Assembly: GCF_964194155.1 (NCBI RefSeq)
Contig: NC_135903.1
Location: forward strand, 1,054,001-1,118,000
Length of the DNA: 64,000 nt
DNA from: Cetorhinus maximus
Lineage: Eukaryota
Reading direction: 5' to 3'
Shown: positions 36,737-49,492 of the stretch, piece after piece
Numbering within the stretch: the stretch's first letter is position 1
Layout of the letters: each line of letters starts with the position of its first letter
Notes under the pieces: model-generated
Databases searched by the model: none
Seen by the model: only the letters and a program-made list of their open reading frames with translations
What the model was told of the DNA's origin: nothing
Program-made: the position numbers and the translations under genes

Positions 36737-37719
36737 GTTCCCAATGATTGAACAGCTATGAAGTAATGATGAACAGTCAATTTACCAGTAAAGCTTGCAG
36801 TTAATATATATTAGGACACACTGCCCAAAGCATAGTCCTCCAATTTTCAGGTGGCTGAATTTTCTGCCTGTCTGAGTCAATAGATTCTGATATCAGGTGT
36901 GAAATGATGTGCAACATTTATAGCTTAAAACTATCTTTCAGTTACATTCATGATAGGTAAAGAAAAACAAGAGAGACTAGCATTTAGTCTGTGAGGTTGA
37001 CTTCAATAAACAGGGATCGATATTAACAATCCATGTAATGTTGTAACCTCTTGCATGAGGCAATTCTTGTGCAAATTGTGGTAAAGTTAATTGGAGTGAA
37101 CACTGGAGTCAATTATTCCCAGCATTTGAATACTTGTTTTGAGAGTTAAATAGTTTGATAGCCTTGGGAGAGTTTTGCAGTTGTAAAACCTCCCCCTCAG
37201 CCTTGTTGAATGCCTTGTTCAAGTACTCAGATGTTGGCTTTCAAATGATTTCTGCACTACTTTATCTAATTCACTGGGCTCAGCGGCTGCCAAATATCAA
37301 CACTATCTGGGAGGAGGACAAACTATCTTAAAATGTATTTGGACAATAGGGCAAGTTTAGCAGATGTTTTCTTTCTTTTATGTGATTTTTTTAGCTCACT
37401 GATTTAATACCAATACAAGTGCACACACGTAGTCATTGCTTCTGTATCATCATACTCCAGTGTTTAATCCTCATTGGCAGTGTGCGCCTATCTGTCCCAC
37501 TATACCCAGGAGCGGGGCAGCTCAGGACAATAACCTTCCTGCTGAAAGCCACCCTCATATCAAGATGTAAATCTTTTGGTACATTTTGTTCTCAAGATCT
37601 ATGAGATGCTATATTTGGAATTGTTAGTGTAATGCAACACTTTGCCAAAAGCAACAAACCTGAGATGGTCTGTTAGCCCATTGTAAGGCAGTCCTGTACC
37701 TTACACATTAGTGCAGTAT

Positions 37720-38058
37720 TGCATTGTCATTCTCACCTTTTGAGTTAGGCAAGCTCTGAATTTGAACTTAAGCATGCAATCCAGATTGACAGAATGGTGC
37801 AGTTCCGAGGAAGTACTATATTATCGAAAGTGTCATGAAACAGATGAGACATTAAGATTTGGAGCTCAGTGTGAATGCTGAAGTACCTATGACGCTACTT
37901 GAATAAGATCCTGAACAGGTATTCCATTTCCTTGCCACTGTGAGACCTTGCTGTGTTCAAAATGGTTGCCACACTTACCTACTGTGCAATCACTGCTCAT
38001 GCTATAATGAAGTGCTTTGATATGTTTCTGAGACACATGAGATACAGTAGAAATTGAA
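37720..38058 (+). mobile_element. Strongly diverged Deu-domain SINE
   Basis: Blocks GTGCAGTTCCGAGGAAGT, AGATGAGACATTAA and AAAATGGTTGCC in the order seen at 50378-50822. Confidence 0.5.
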
Positions 38059-38204
38059 AACGCTTTTGGTCTGTGGTGCTAACAACTAATGGTGATCTAG
38101 GAATTTGTATCCAAGTCAGCTGGTAGTGCAGTCAATTGTTAAACTGAAGTAGTTGTGTGATTAAGACCCATCCATAGGATGTGATTTATCAAATGCCCCC
38201 AACA

Positions 38205-38469
38205 TATGAAGATATGAACATAAGAGTTAGGAGCAGGAGGAGGCCACTTGGCCCTTGGAGCCTGCTCCGCCATTCGGTAAGATCATGGCTGTAACCTCAC
38301 AACTACCCCTGATAACCTTTCACCCCCTTGGTTAGCAAAAATCCATCTACCTCGGCCTTGAAAACATTCAAAGACTTGCACTGACTTTTGAGGGATGGAG
38401 TTCCAAAGACTGACTCCCCACTGAGTGAAAAAATTTCTTCTCATCGCTATCTTAAATGGGTGACCCCTT
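38205..38469 (-). mobile_element. CR1 3' end, target of the Harbinger insertion
   Basis: RRNFFTQWGVSLWNS on the minus strand; the CR1 resumes at 43578-43598 (ACTTTTAAACAGTGACCC). Confidence 0.85.
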
Positions 38470-39650
38470 GGGCGGAATCGTCTGCCCCCATTGGTGGCGG
38501 GCGTGAGTGGACAGTTCGGTGAGAAGGCCAAAAATCGGTTTCACGCTGTCATGAAACTAGTTTGTGACCTTCTGCTCCGCCCGTCAATGGCGGGTGGTGT
38601 TTCCTGTCGGGAACTTAATTTTAATGTATTTGCATCTCATTATTGTGCCCTCCTACCGGAATCATCCCCCAACGTCAAATTTACCGCCCACATTGGCGTG
38701 ACTTCAGAACAGTGAGCTTCACAACCACCTTTACAAGACTTGCACCTGGTGAGCTGAACTGCAAGGGTCACTTGGAGGTGAGTGCACCCAACCTTGTGCA
38801 GCGCTCGCAAGCATCGCCCATAGGACATCATGAAAGAAGCATTGCGCATTTTGGGTGTGGGGGGTGGTGCAGGCAAGTCGCTTTTTCCCAGTTGGATTTC
38901 AGTGTGGTGCCAGGGCAAGGGCTTCAGTGTGGGTGAGGCCAGTGAGGGCAGGCAAGGCAGCACAGACTGTAGGAAGTACACCAGCACATGCCGGGTATGG
39001 GGGAGGAAGGGAGGGTGAGGGAAGTGACCATGCACTTGGAAAAGCTTGTCAGAAGTGAACATTCTTCCACAGCTGAGACCGTTCAGCACCAGCTCCATTG
39101 ATGCGCTTGGAATTGGGCCTCTGAGGCATTTCTACCCACTCAAGCAATGCAAAAGCATCAAAGTGCCAACAAAAGGTTCCAGAGCTTTTCACCCCCCAGG
39201 TGCAGGCTGTAAATTAATGTGCATTTTAGGGGGCAGCTGAACAATTGTTTGACTGGGCAAGTTGTAGAATCCCCCTTGTTGAAAGTCAGTCACTGGTGGA
39301 GGCGCTTAGAGCCCTTGAAATGTCTTTATTAAGGTTTGGATCAGTATCCCTCATGGTTCAAGCTACCAGTGCAGCTTTGCAGTGTGGGTTAGGAGGAGGC
39401 CTGCACCTGAGCTGAGAGCATGTCATACAGTCCAGTGGCTGAAGCTGCCGCCACTCGGCCAAGTGGAGTGGAGCGGAGGTGGGTGGGGTTCTGGACAGCC
39501 ATGAAGCGACCTACACACTAGCCCTTTAAGTGGTGGCCAGCACTCTCCTGCATACTTTAAGGGGCCTTCAGACCAAGAGAGGTTCTTAGGACACAAATGC
39601 TAACCCACACGTCTCTCTCTTTGATCCCGCAGGAGGAGATTGTCAGAATC

Positions 39651-40874
39651 ATGGAGCCTGATTTATTGGTATGCCTCATGGCTTACAGAGAGTAGAGAAG
39701 AATGCAGAGGAGGTGCCGGGCTCAGCAAAGGGAGAAGCACCTCTCTTAAGGTGAAGGGGTGGCAGGACCTGTTGTGTATGCAGCTGAATATCTACAGAGA
39801 GAGTTGCTTGTAGGTGCCTTGCTGGACCCAGGGTCTATAGACGGTGCCTGTCATTCCTGCAGATAACTGAGAACCAGTGCTGCCAAAGACTGCACGTGTC
39901 TAGGGAACTGGTCAGTCACATATGCCGCCTGCTGCGAGATTTAGTGCCACGGGGACAGGGAGGACCATCCACTGCCAGTGGCCATGAAAGTGACCACAGC
40001 GCTCAATTTTTATGCCAGTGGCTCCTTCCAGGGCTCAACGGGTGACCTGTGCTGGATCTTGCAGGCCTCCGTGCACAAGTGTATCCAGGAGGTGACAGAC
40101 ACCATCTTCCCAAAAGCACAGAATCAGATCATGAAAACCAGGAAGCAAGACTCTTGGGGTTCACGCAGATATCTGGTTTGCCACAGGGTGCAGGGTGCCA
40201 TCAACTCCACTCACGTGGCACTTAGATCTCCGTCCTAACAAGCAGCCCAGTACGTCAACCGCAAGGGTTTCCACTTGCTGAATGTTCAGCTGGTGTGCAA
40301 CCATCTCAAACACATCCTAGACCTCTGCGCACAATTTCCAGGGAGTGTCCATGACTCCTACATCCTCAGCAGGTCACAGATCCCTGACATCTTCCAGGGT
40401 CCACAGAGGCTGCAGGGATGGCTCCTCAGGGACAAGGGCTACCCGCAGAGGACATGATTGATGATCACCATGCAGCAGCCTCAGACTGCAGCAGAGCAAC
40501 AGTATAACAAGGCTCATTACGTGACCTGGACTTTGGTGGAGCAAACATTAGGCCTCTTGAAAATGAGGTTCCGGTGCCTCAACGGGTCCAGTGGAGCATG
40601 TCAATACAGTCCCCAGAGGGTGTCGCGCATCATTGTCACTTGCCGTGCTCCACACATCCTGGCATTGCAACAGGGGGAGGACCTGGACAAGGAGGAGATG
40701 GAAGAGCTGCATGTCTCCTCCGATGAGGAGGATGTCGAAGGAGATGATGGTGATGAGGTCCTCAAAGGTGAGGATGCCAACGGTGAGGCCATTGCACTGA
40801 CCAGATGAGGCTGGCATGCTAGGGAGGCCCTCATAGCCACAAGATTTGTGGAGGATGATGACAAGATGCAGTGA
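39651..40874 (+). pseudogene. HARBI1-like Harbinger DDE transposase, disrupted
   Basis: ALNFYASGSFQ, VQGAINSTH (first catalytic D replaced by N), [26 protein letters not shown]...VEQTLGLLKMRFRCL; several stops and frameshifts; splice acceptor at 39631-39632. Confidence 0.92.
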
Positions 40875-41590
40875 AGACAGTCCTGACATCCTCATCTTGT
40901 ATCTGTGAACATTTAACTCCTGTGTGGCTGATGGCAGCGCACATACCCTCAGGCTCATGTCATGGAGATGCAGCGGAGGCCCCAATAGTGGCTGGATTCC
41001 ATGAGGATGATGACGACATGCAGTCAGCACACTCCATAGATCTTCACCTAGCCTCTGTGCATGTCTGACTCCTGTCTGGCTGAGGGGAGCTCTCTTGCAC
41101 TCTGCGATCAGGGCCATATCATGGATACACAGCCGTGAAACTTTAAATGCACCTGATCCTTTGCCCACCTTCAGCACCTGACCCCTTCAGGAGCACAGCG
41201 GCACCGGTCACAGATGCTGAAGAGATGGGGGCCAGCCCCACCTCAAAGGTGCTGAGAGCACACAGAGAGAATGACGGAACTCAGTGACGCCTGTCCACGA
41301 CATTCTGGCAGCAATGACCAGTACCACTGAGGTGCGGGCATCAGTAATGTGTCCAGTGAGTGTGAAGCCGGACTATCACTTTGGTCTGAAGGTTACACAC
41401 TGCACAGGGAAGAGGCCCTGGACTGAGACACCAGCCTTTATCTTATGCAGGAACCAAGGTTTCACATCTAAGTGACACGAACATTGTTCATCATAAAAAG
41501 GAGCCATAGGCAGGGAGACATTCTTGGGAGTTTATTTACAATAGTGAACAGTATGTACAAGTGATTAACACCCATCCCCAGGTTGTGCAA

Positions 41591-43302
41591 CTACAACATC
41601 TCAACCTTCCTAATCCTGCCGCCACATCTTGGTGCTCCCTGGACATCCACAGTGGAGGTGGAGGCAGCCTGCTGACTGCTACACCCTGTCTGTGATGACC
41701 TTGCCGGGTGACCTCCCGGGGGCTGAGACCTGGAGGGCCCTAGCCTACTTTGGGTGTCCTGCTGTGGGCCAGCTGCTTGGCCTGTGGAGCTGGAGCTGCG
41801 GGGTGGGGGGGTCACAGGAAGAGGGGCTTTAGATCGGCCTGACATTCCCAGAATCACCTGCGTGGATGGCCCCAGGTTGTCAAGCTGCTGACCCTCCTCC
41901 CTACGGGTGCCTGACTGCCCCTGGCTGACTCCTTGAGGAGAAGGAGTAGCTGGAGTGAGATTGAGTTGCTCGGCACCCCTCTTGCGTGGACACTGTTAGA
42001 GGCCACCTATGGCGTCAGCGATGGAGTTCAGCCCGTGCAGCAGTGCAGGCGCGATGTCCTTGGCCATGGTCTCCATGGTGGCCGCCATCCTGCCAGTGTT
42101 GACCTCGGTACGTCAGCATGCCAATGCTATCACCTCAGACTGAAGACGGACAGACTCCATCGTCCCTTGCAATCTGAGGAGTGCACCAGACATCCCTTCC
42201 TGATATTCCCGTGATTGACTTTGCAGCTGCACCTACTGGTTGAGGACCAAGTCCAGAGGCTCATCTTCTGACTCGGACTCAGCAGATTCCTTGCCTCCAA
42301 CAATCCTCTGAGTGCTGGTGACCAAGGATATCCCTGCCTCCACCTGCTGTGGAGTGCTCACCAGATTGTGATCCCGAGGCTGCTCCATATCTAGGTCCCA
42401 CCATGATATGTGTCACTGCACTGGTGGAGGGTGTGAGTGAGGGCCGTGACGGGTCTTCAATGGTGCTGCCCTCAGGGTCCTCATCCGAGGTGCTCTCAGC
42501 GCTAGGGTCAAGGTCAAGGTTGCCTGAGGGCGACATGTCAGATGTGTCTAGGACAGAAAGTGGAGATTACTAGTGCTTGGCAGCTGTGTTGAACACACAA
42601 CAGTGGACTTAGAGTAGCGTAGAGAGAGGGATGATGTGGTGCAGGAACCTCATGTGGGTGTTTGCCACTAAACTCACTGTCACCACAGGAATGGTCCACA
42701 TCCTCTCCGGCTGACTGCAATGCACGACTCTTGAATGGAGTGAGCACCTTGATGTCTGGCATTCCACCCCTGGTGTGGGATGTCTCCCATCGATTGTGCA
42801 CAATCCTGCCCTGCACAAAGACAGATGGAGAGAGTGTGAGCAAGGAACATGTCAGGGCAAATGAAAAGGAAGCCAGGCATGCGTGTGTGCTGAATGAAGC
42901 CATGGACAGGATGAGAAGGCAATCTCCAGAGGAGATGAGGTCAGATGGAGATGTGAGGGGGTGTGTGTGAGAGAGTGAGCGGTGATGCCCTGTGAGATGC
43001 CAGTGAATGTGTGTTGGGCTTGTGAGTGGTTGAGTTGAGATTGATGAAATTGTTGAATTACCCTGGCAGAATAGATGAGATCACTCATCTTTTTTTGCAC
43101 TGGATGGCCGACCTCTTGTGTGCAGCTTTGGCACTGACCACCTCTGCCACCGCCTCCCAAGCTGGAGTGGTGAGACTGATGGGCCTCCTGCGGCCAGAGT
43201 GGGAATAGAGGACATCACGGCGGGCCTCCACAACGTCCAGAAGGCGTCCCAGGGATGTGTCACTGAATCCAGGGCTGCACTCTTCTTGCCTTTCAGGGCC
43301 AT
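41591..43302 (-). pseudogene. Harbinger Myb/SANT-like DNA-binding gene, spliced and disrupted
   Basis: ATG at 43302; WEAVAEVVSAKAAHKRSAIQCKK; donor at 43061; acceptors at 42811 and 42548; stop at 41591; AATAAA at 41531-41536 on the minus strand. Confidence 0.78.
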
Positions 43303-44340
43303 GTCTTTACCAGAGCAGTCCTGGGTTGCAAGCATTGAAAAGTGTGCACATGGCTGCAGTTTAAATATGGCGCCCGGCTAGAGGAAGCAGTGAGGTAACT
43401 GCATGGCAGACAAATCAGAGGCTGCCCACCAGCGATCCGGCCTGTTTCTCGCGTCTGCACCATTTGAGGTGGGAAGGGGACAATATGACACGAAATCCTG
43501 CCATTGCAGCTGGAGGGTAAAATGTCTTTTTTCACACCCACTACCACACTCAGTGCAAATCTGGGACGATTCCGCTCCCTACTTTTAAACAGTGACCCAG
43601 TGAGGCTTACTGCTTTGCTGATGTACTGACTATCTCTTGACTCTTTCTAAATATCTAATGTTTGAGCATAAAATCTCATTGTGCAGTGGCTTTTGCTTTT
43701 CCACAGCTTTAAACCCCACGTCCATGAATAAACTTGTCACTCAGCTCATTTTAACATTAATCGCTCTTGAGATTTTAAGCACCATCATCTGCCCTTTGAC
43801 AGAGGCAGTAACATCTTATATTTGAATTGCATTCTCGACAATGACAGAAGCTCCCACTTTTCCAACAACCTACACTTACTGCAGAGAATGCAGCTCTCAT
43901 ACTTGGTTTTAAGCGCCACTGATATTTTTATCTTTCAATTCACACAATTTCAAATTGAATGCTAGCCACTTGCTGAAAGCAGAGCACCAGAGGTTATTGT
44001 CAGTTTGCTTTCTGACTAGTTGATAGGGCTGATACCACCAACTAAAACATGACTATCCGCATCCCTGTGGGATTTTTGTCAGTAGTGAAACAGTGGATGG
44101 GAAACAGTTTGAGATGTGCAGCTCTGAGCTGCCTATGTTCAGCCAGCATATGGTGCTGAAGAGGCTCCTCATGATCTCTTGAAAGCAGATAACAGCTCCT
44201 ATCAGTCAAGTAAAAAACAAACGGCTGAGAAAATGGAAGTGAATTAGTGCTGGGAGCTCGAGAATTTCCTTTGAAGGGGATTGGACCCCAGCTGTGAGAT
44301 CATGTCTTTTCCTGTCCATTTACTTTTTATCCTTTCTAAT

Positions 44341-44530
44341 ATAAAAACAGAAAATCCTGGAAACAATCAGCAGGTCTGGCAGCATCTGAGTTCACTGAGT
44401 TCTGATGAAAGGTCATCGACTGAAACATTAACTCTCTTTCTCTCCATAGATGCTGCCAGAACAACTGAGCTTGTCCAGCATTTCCTGCTTTTATTTCAAA
44501 TTTCCAATAACCGCAGTATTTTGCTCTATT
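44341..44530. mobile_element. Fold-back Penelope terminal-repeat mini-insertion with hammerhead core
   Basis: Arm 44341-44388 is inverted against about 44448-44495; plus-strand CTGATGA-A-AGGTC-ATC-GACT-GAAAC at 44402. Confidence 0.82.
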
Positions 44531-44897
44531 CTTTCCGTCTAGCCATAGTAGGAATTTCTGAGTTCTGGCCGGAGCACTTGGGACAAGTGTATTTAAGTTG
44601 TCTCAGTTGTCCTTTTTATCAGAATTTGGAGTTAATAGTTGATGTCACGTTAGACGGTGTCAGCTATGGCTCAGCTGGTATTATCTGAGACACAAGATTC
44701 TGGGTTCAAATCCCATGTTAGAACTTAAGCACAAAATTGAAAGCTGACACTCCAGTGCAGTACTGAGGGAGTTCTGCACAGTTAGAGGTACTGTCTTTTG
44801 GATGAGATGTTGAACTGAGGCTCTGTCTGCCTCCTCAGCTGGATGTATAAGATCCCATGGCACTACTTCACAGAAGAGCAGGGGAGTTCTCCCTGGT

Positions 44898-45069
44898 AAA
44901 AGCAAAATACTGTGGATGCTAGAAACCTGAAATAAAAACAGAAAATGTTGGAAAAACTCTTTAGCTCTGAAGAAGAGTCATGTGGACTCGGAACATTAAC
45001 CCTGTTTCTCTCTCCCCAGATGCTGCCAGACCTCCTGAGTCTTTTTCAGAATTTTCTGTTCTTATTTCT
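44898..45069. mobile_element. Fold-back Penelope terminal-repeat mini-insertion
   Basis: 14-bp TSD GAGTTCTCC(C/A)TGGT (44884-44897, 45070-45083); core CTGAAGA-A-GAGTC-ATGTG-GACTC-GGAAC at 44967. Confidence 0.87.
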
Positions 45070-45096
45070 GAGTTCTCCATGGTGTTCTGGCCAATA

Positions 45097-45469
45097 TTTT
45101 TTTTATTCATTCATAGGATGTGAGCATATTGCCCATCCCTAATTGCCCTTGAGAACTGAGTGATTTGTTAGGCCATTTCAGAGGGCATTTAAGAGTCAAC
45201 CACATTGCTGTGGATCTGGAGTCACATGTGGGCCAGACCAGGTAGAGACAGCAGATTTCCTTCCCTAAAGGATGTTAGTGAACCAGATAGGTTTTTCTGA
45301 CAATTGACAATGGTTTCATGGTCATCATTAGACTTTCATTTCCAGAATTTTCATTGAATTCAAATTTCGCCACCTGCTATGGTGAGATTCAAAACGGGGT
45401 CCCCGGAGAATTGTCCTGGGTATCTGGAGTACTAGTCCAGTGACAATACCACTACACCACCGCCTCCCC
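45097..45469 (-). mobile_element. tRNA-derived SINE family B, full length
   Basis: Head GGGGAGGCGGTGGTGTAGTGG...TTTGAATCTC; LINE family A tail. Confidence 0.87.
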
Positions 45470-47409
45470 ACTTCCTCAATCAACAACACCAAAACAAATT
45501 ATCTGGCCATTATCACATTGTTGTTGATGGGAGCTTGATGTGTGCAATTTGGCTGCTATGTTTCCTATGTTACAACAGTGACTATTCTTCTAAAAAAAGT
45601 ATTTCATTGGCTGTAAAGCACTGAGACATCCAGCCGTTGTGAAAGGCTCTATATCTCCGTACAGATATGTAAATTCGTGTGTGAGCCCCAGCCAGCGACC
45701 ACGTTCTCAATTTATTAACAAAATCATTGGCAAGTGTTGCCCCAACACTTTTGATATACTCTTAATACTTAGGGAAGGCAGTTTTTTCCAGCTATGTGAA
45801 TAAACATTTGCATTCTGACTGGATGGATGAGATACAGCAGAGAAATATTCACTAATTTTTGATGGAAAATAAATGGGGAGCAAAGGGAACAACATCAAGA
45901 AAGGAATGACTATTGCGTTGAGCTTTAGACCATAAAATCAGACAGCACAGATGCATATTAAGCAAAATGCGCATGCACTGGTTCTTAAAAGAGCAATCTA
46001 ATCAGTCCTACACCCCCTCCTTTTTTACGCACAATCTTTCAACTGTTTCCTTTTCAATATATTGAATTCCTTTTTGAACATTACTATTGAATCTTAACTA
46101 AATCCGAAGACTTGCAATGCATATGGTTTATGTTAAATAAACAGAACTGCTATTTTCTGCTCCCAAGCTTAAATCAAGAAATAAAATTCTACAAAGAGAT
46201 TTTCCGACCTTGGCACTTGCCTTTTTAGACAATCTTCCTCTAGGGCCTGGACATTTTCATTGCAAGTTGTGAGGCCACAAGAAACTGACATCAATTTATT
46301 ATCAAAACCATTGGCATGCTTCTTACTTCATTTCTTTCTTCAACTCTGGCCTTGTGTCTGTTCCCACTCTTAGTCCATTCCCCTCCCTGTCCTTTATTCC
46401 CCAGATGATTGCTGCACTCCCTAGGCTCTACCTCAGGAAGCAATGCCAGGAGATGTCAGTGTCTATAGTTCACCTGATATCTTTGCTGAAGGTCTTTTAA
46501 TAGGAAAAATATTGAAGCCAGACTGAAATTTTCCAACAAGGACATGAGGGTTGACAGTTAAGGACATGAAAAGAGTGGTGTTGGATGAGAGTTTCTGAGA
46601 GAGTCTGGGGCAGAGACTGAACATACTCTGACAGAGTTTCCAGCAATATAAACTCCAGGACGTTGAGAGCTAGACAGAACTTAAGCCAAAGTAGTCATTA
46701 CTACTGTTTGCATGACACTACTGTTATTAGCTCGAAATAAATACTAACTCCAGCCAAATACATTGAGGCCAGAGAATATTTTAAAGACAAATGGTTTACT
46801 TGCTAGACGCTCAACAAGAAAAAATTATTTCAAGCTTTGCCTTTTATTTTCAAATATTTCACTCCCATTAAAAGTACCCCATGTACTATGCTATTGAGTC
46901 AGACATAACCAGGAAGCTCTGATGTTTTCTTCCTGGTTACTGATGAATTAACAGGTCTAAATTGGTGAGATGTAATGACTTTCCAGCCCATGGATACTAA
47001 GAGTGAGGTCGGGGGCGGGTGGGGGTTGTGGGAGGAGAGGTGAGGGGGTGTGGAAATGGAGACGGTGTTTCTGTGCCCGAATGGCTGTCTGGTGATCCCC
47101 ACTGGAACATGCCCAGATGTGACTTCAGAGTGAGGAGTGGCTTCATTGTGAAACACTCATATTTAACAGCCTGTCAGCACTCTGTTTAGACAATGATGTG
47201 AAGAATGGCCTCTTGGCTGAGGTACAAGATGATGGGTTGAACCCATGAAACTACAACTATGAATGTTTGTTACATCAGGAGAAGAGAAAAAAGGGGGTGT
47301 AGTGAGATGGAGACTCATTTTCAACAATGGTCAACTCATGTGAAATACCGGTGCACTGCAAATTCCAATCATTGGCAAACTTTTGTTGCTTTCTTTTGTT
47401 TGTGAGGTA

Positions 47410-49350
47410 CAAGTCTGGGGAATTAATAGTGGAAAATATGAAAACGGTGGAAGAATTGAACAGGTATTTTGTATCTGCCTTCACTGTAGACAGTACAAAT
47501 AACATCCCAGAAATAAGTGTGCATCAAGAGGTGAAAGGGAGGGAGTAACTTAAAACAATTGCAATCACCAGGGAAAGGGGACTGAGAACATTGTTCTAAC
47601 TAAAAGCTGACAAGTCCCCAGGTCCTGATGGACTTCATCCTAGAGTCTTAAAAGAAGTAGCTGCTGAGTTAATAGGTGCGTGGTTTTAATTTTCCAAAAT
47701 TCCCTAGATTCTGGAAAGGCCCCATCAGATTGGAAATTAGCAAACGTAACTCCTCAAGATAGGAGGGAGGCTGAAAGCAGGAAGCTACGGGACAGTTAGC
47801 GTGACAAATGCTGGAGTGTATTTTTCAAGAAGCTATAACAGGGCACTTGGAAAACCTCAATGCAATCAGAGTCAACCTGGTTTGTGAAAGGGAAGTCATG
47901 TTTGACAAAGTTATTAGAGATTTTTGAGGAAGTAACAAGCAATGTGGATAAAGGGGAACCTGTGGATGTGCTGTACTTAGTTTTCCAGAAGGCATTTGAC
48001 AAGGTGCTGCTTCAAAGGTTACTACACAAATATGAACTTATGGTGTAGGGGGTAACATATTAGCATAAATAGAGATAAAAACAGAAAATGCTAGAAAAAC
48101 TCAGCAGGTCTAGCAGCATCTGTGGAGAGAGAAACAGTTAATGTTTTGAGTCTGTATGACTCTTTTTCAGAGCCAAAGGTGCTGCCAGACCTGCTGAGTT
48201 TTTCCAGCATTTTCTGTTTTATTTCATATTTCCAGCATCTGCAGTATTTTGCTTTTAGCTTAGCATGGATAGAGGATTGGTTAGCTAACAGGAAACAGAG
48301 AGTAGGCATAAATAGGTATTTTTCGAGTTGGCAAAATATAACAAGTGGAGTGCCACAGGGAACAGTGCTGGGCCCTCAACTACTTGCAATCTATATTAAT
48401 GACTTGGATGATGGGACTGAATGCATAGTTGCTAAATTTGCTTTTGACACAAAGGTAGGTAGGAAAGTAAGTTGTGAAGAGGACATAAGGAGTCTGCCAA
48501 GGGTTATCGAAGGGTTAAGTGAGTGGGCAAAAATTTGACAAATGGATTATAATGTGGGAGAATGTGAACTTGTTCATTTTGGCAGGAAGAATAAAAAAAC
48601 AACAAATTATTTAAATGGGGAGTGATTGCAAAGGTGCAGAGGGATCTGAGTGCCCTGATACACGAACCACAAAAAGTTAGTATGCAGGTACAGCAAGTGA
48701 TTAGGAAGGCAAATGGAATGTTGTCATTTATTGCAAGGGGAATGAAATATAAAAGTAGGGAAGTTTTGCTACATTTGTATAAGATATTGGTGAGAATACG
48801 TTTAGAGAACTGTGTATAGTTTTGTCCTCCTTACTTAAGAAAGGACATAATTGCATTAGAAGCAGTTCAGAGAAGGTTCACTCGACTGACTACTGGGCTG
48901 AGGGGGTTATCCTATGAGGAAAAGTTGGGACTGCATCCATTGGAGTTTAAAAGAATGAGAGGTGATCTTATTGAAACATATAAGATCTTAAGGGGGCTTG
49001 ACAGGATGGATGCTGAAAGGATGTTTCCCTTTGTGGGAGAGGTTAAAACTAGGGGACACAATTTAAAAATAAAGGGTCTCCCATTTAAGACTGAGGTGAG
49101 GAGAAATTCTTTTTCTCTGAGGGTTGAGAGTCTGTGGAATTCTTTTCCACAGAGAGCAGTGGAGGCAGCACCATTGGATATTTTTAAGGCTGAGTTAGAT
49201 AGGTTCTTGATTGACAGGGAGTCAAAGGGCAAAGGGGGTAGGAAGGAATGTGGAGTTGAGGTTACGATCAGATCAGCCATGACCTTATTGAAAGGTGGAG
49301 CAGGCTCAAGGGGAGCCTAACCCTGCTCCAAATTCAGATGTTTGTATGTA
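47410..49350 (+). mobile_element. CR1 LINE ORF2 remnant with 3' UTR
   Basis: KSPGPDG, GKSCLTKLLE, FQKAFDKV, GVPQGTVLGP, YINDLD, TRGH, WNS; many stops and indels; interrupted at 48067-48259. Confidence 0.93.
48067..48259. mobile_element. Fold-back Penelope terminal-repeat mini-insertion in a CR1
   Basis: Perfect 7-bp TSD TTAGCAT (48060-48066, 48260-48266); about 45-bp inverted arms (48077-48121, 48177-48220) enclosing a degenerate hammerhead core. Confidence 0.9.
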
Positions 49351-49492
49351 CTACTTTTCCCTCTTTTTGTTCAGTTCAGTTGCACCAGTCACCTTTCACA
49401 GATGAGAGGACAAACTGCTCCCCACTCTAATCCCATTTTGAAACTGGCGTTTTGGAAGTGCACAGAACAGTCTGGGAGAGCGCACACTCTGA

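Larger units (their letters stand above)
38470..43577. mobile_element. Full-length but decayed PIF/Harbinger DNA transposon (5.1 kb)
   Basis: TIR GGGCGGAATCGTC / GACGATTCCGCTC (12/13); TSD CTT/CCT; splits a CR1; carries convergent transposase and Myb/SANT genes. Confidence 0.93.
44659..45655 (+). mobile_element. Deu-domain SINE interrupted by two younger insertions
   Basis: Pieces 44659-44897, 45070-45096 and 45470-45655 reassemble to match 50378-50822. Confidence 0.85.

Noticed and set aside
39651-40874. Host HARBI1 gene
   Set aside because: Multiple stops and frameshifts, enclosed by TIRs and a TSD, and paired with a Myb gene, so it is a transposon copy.
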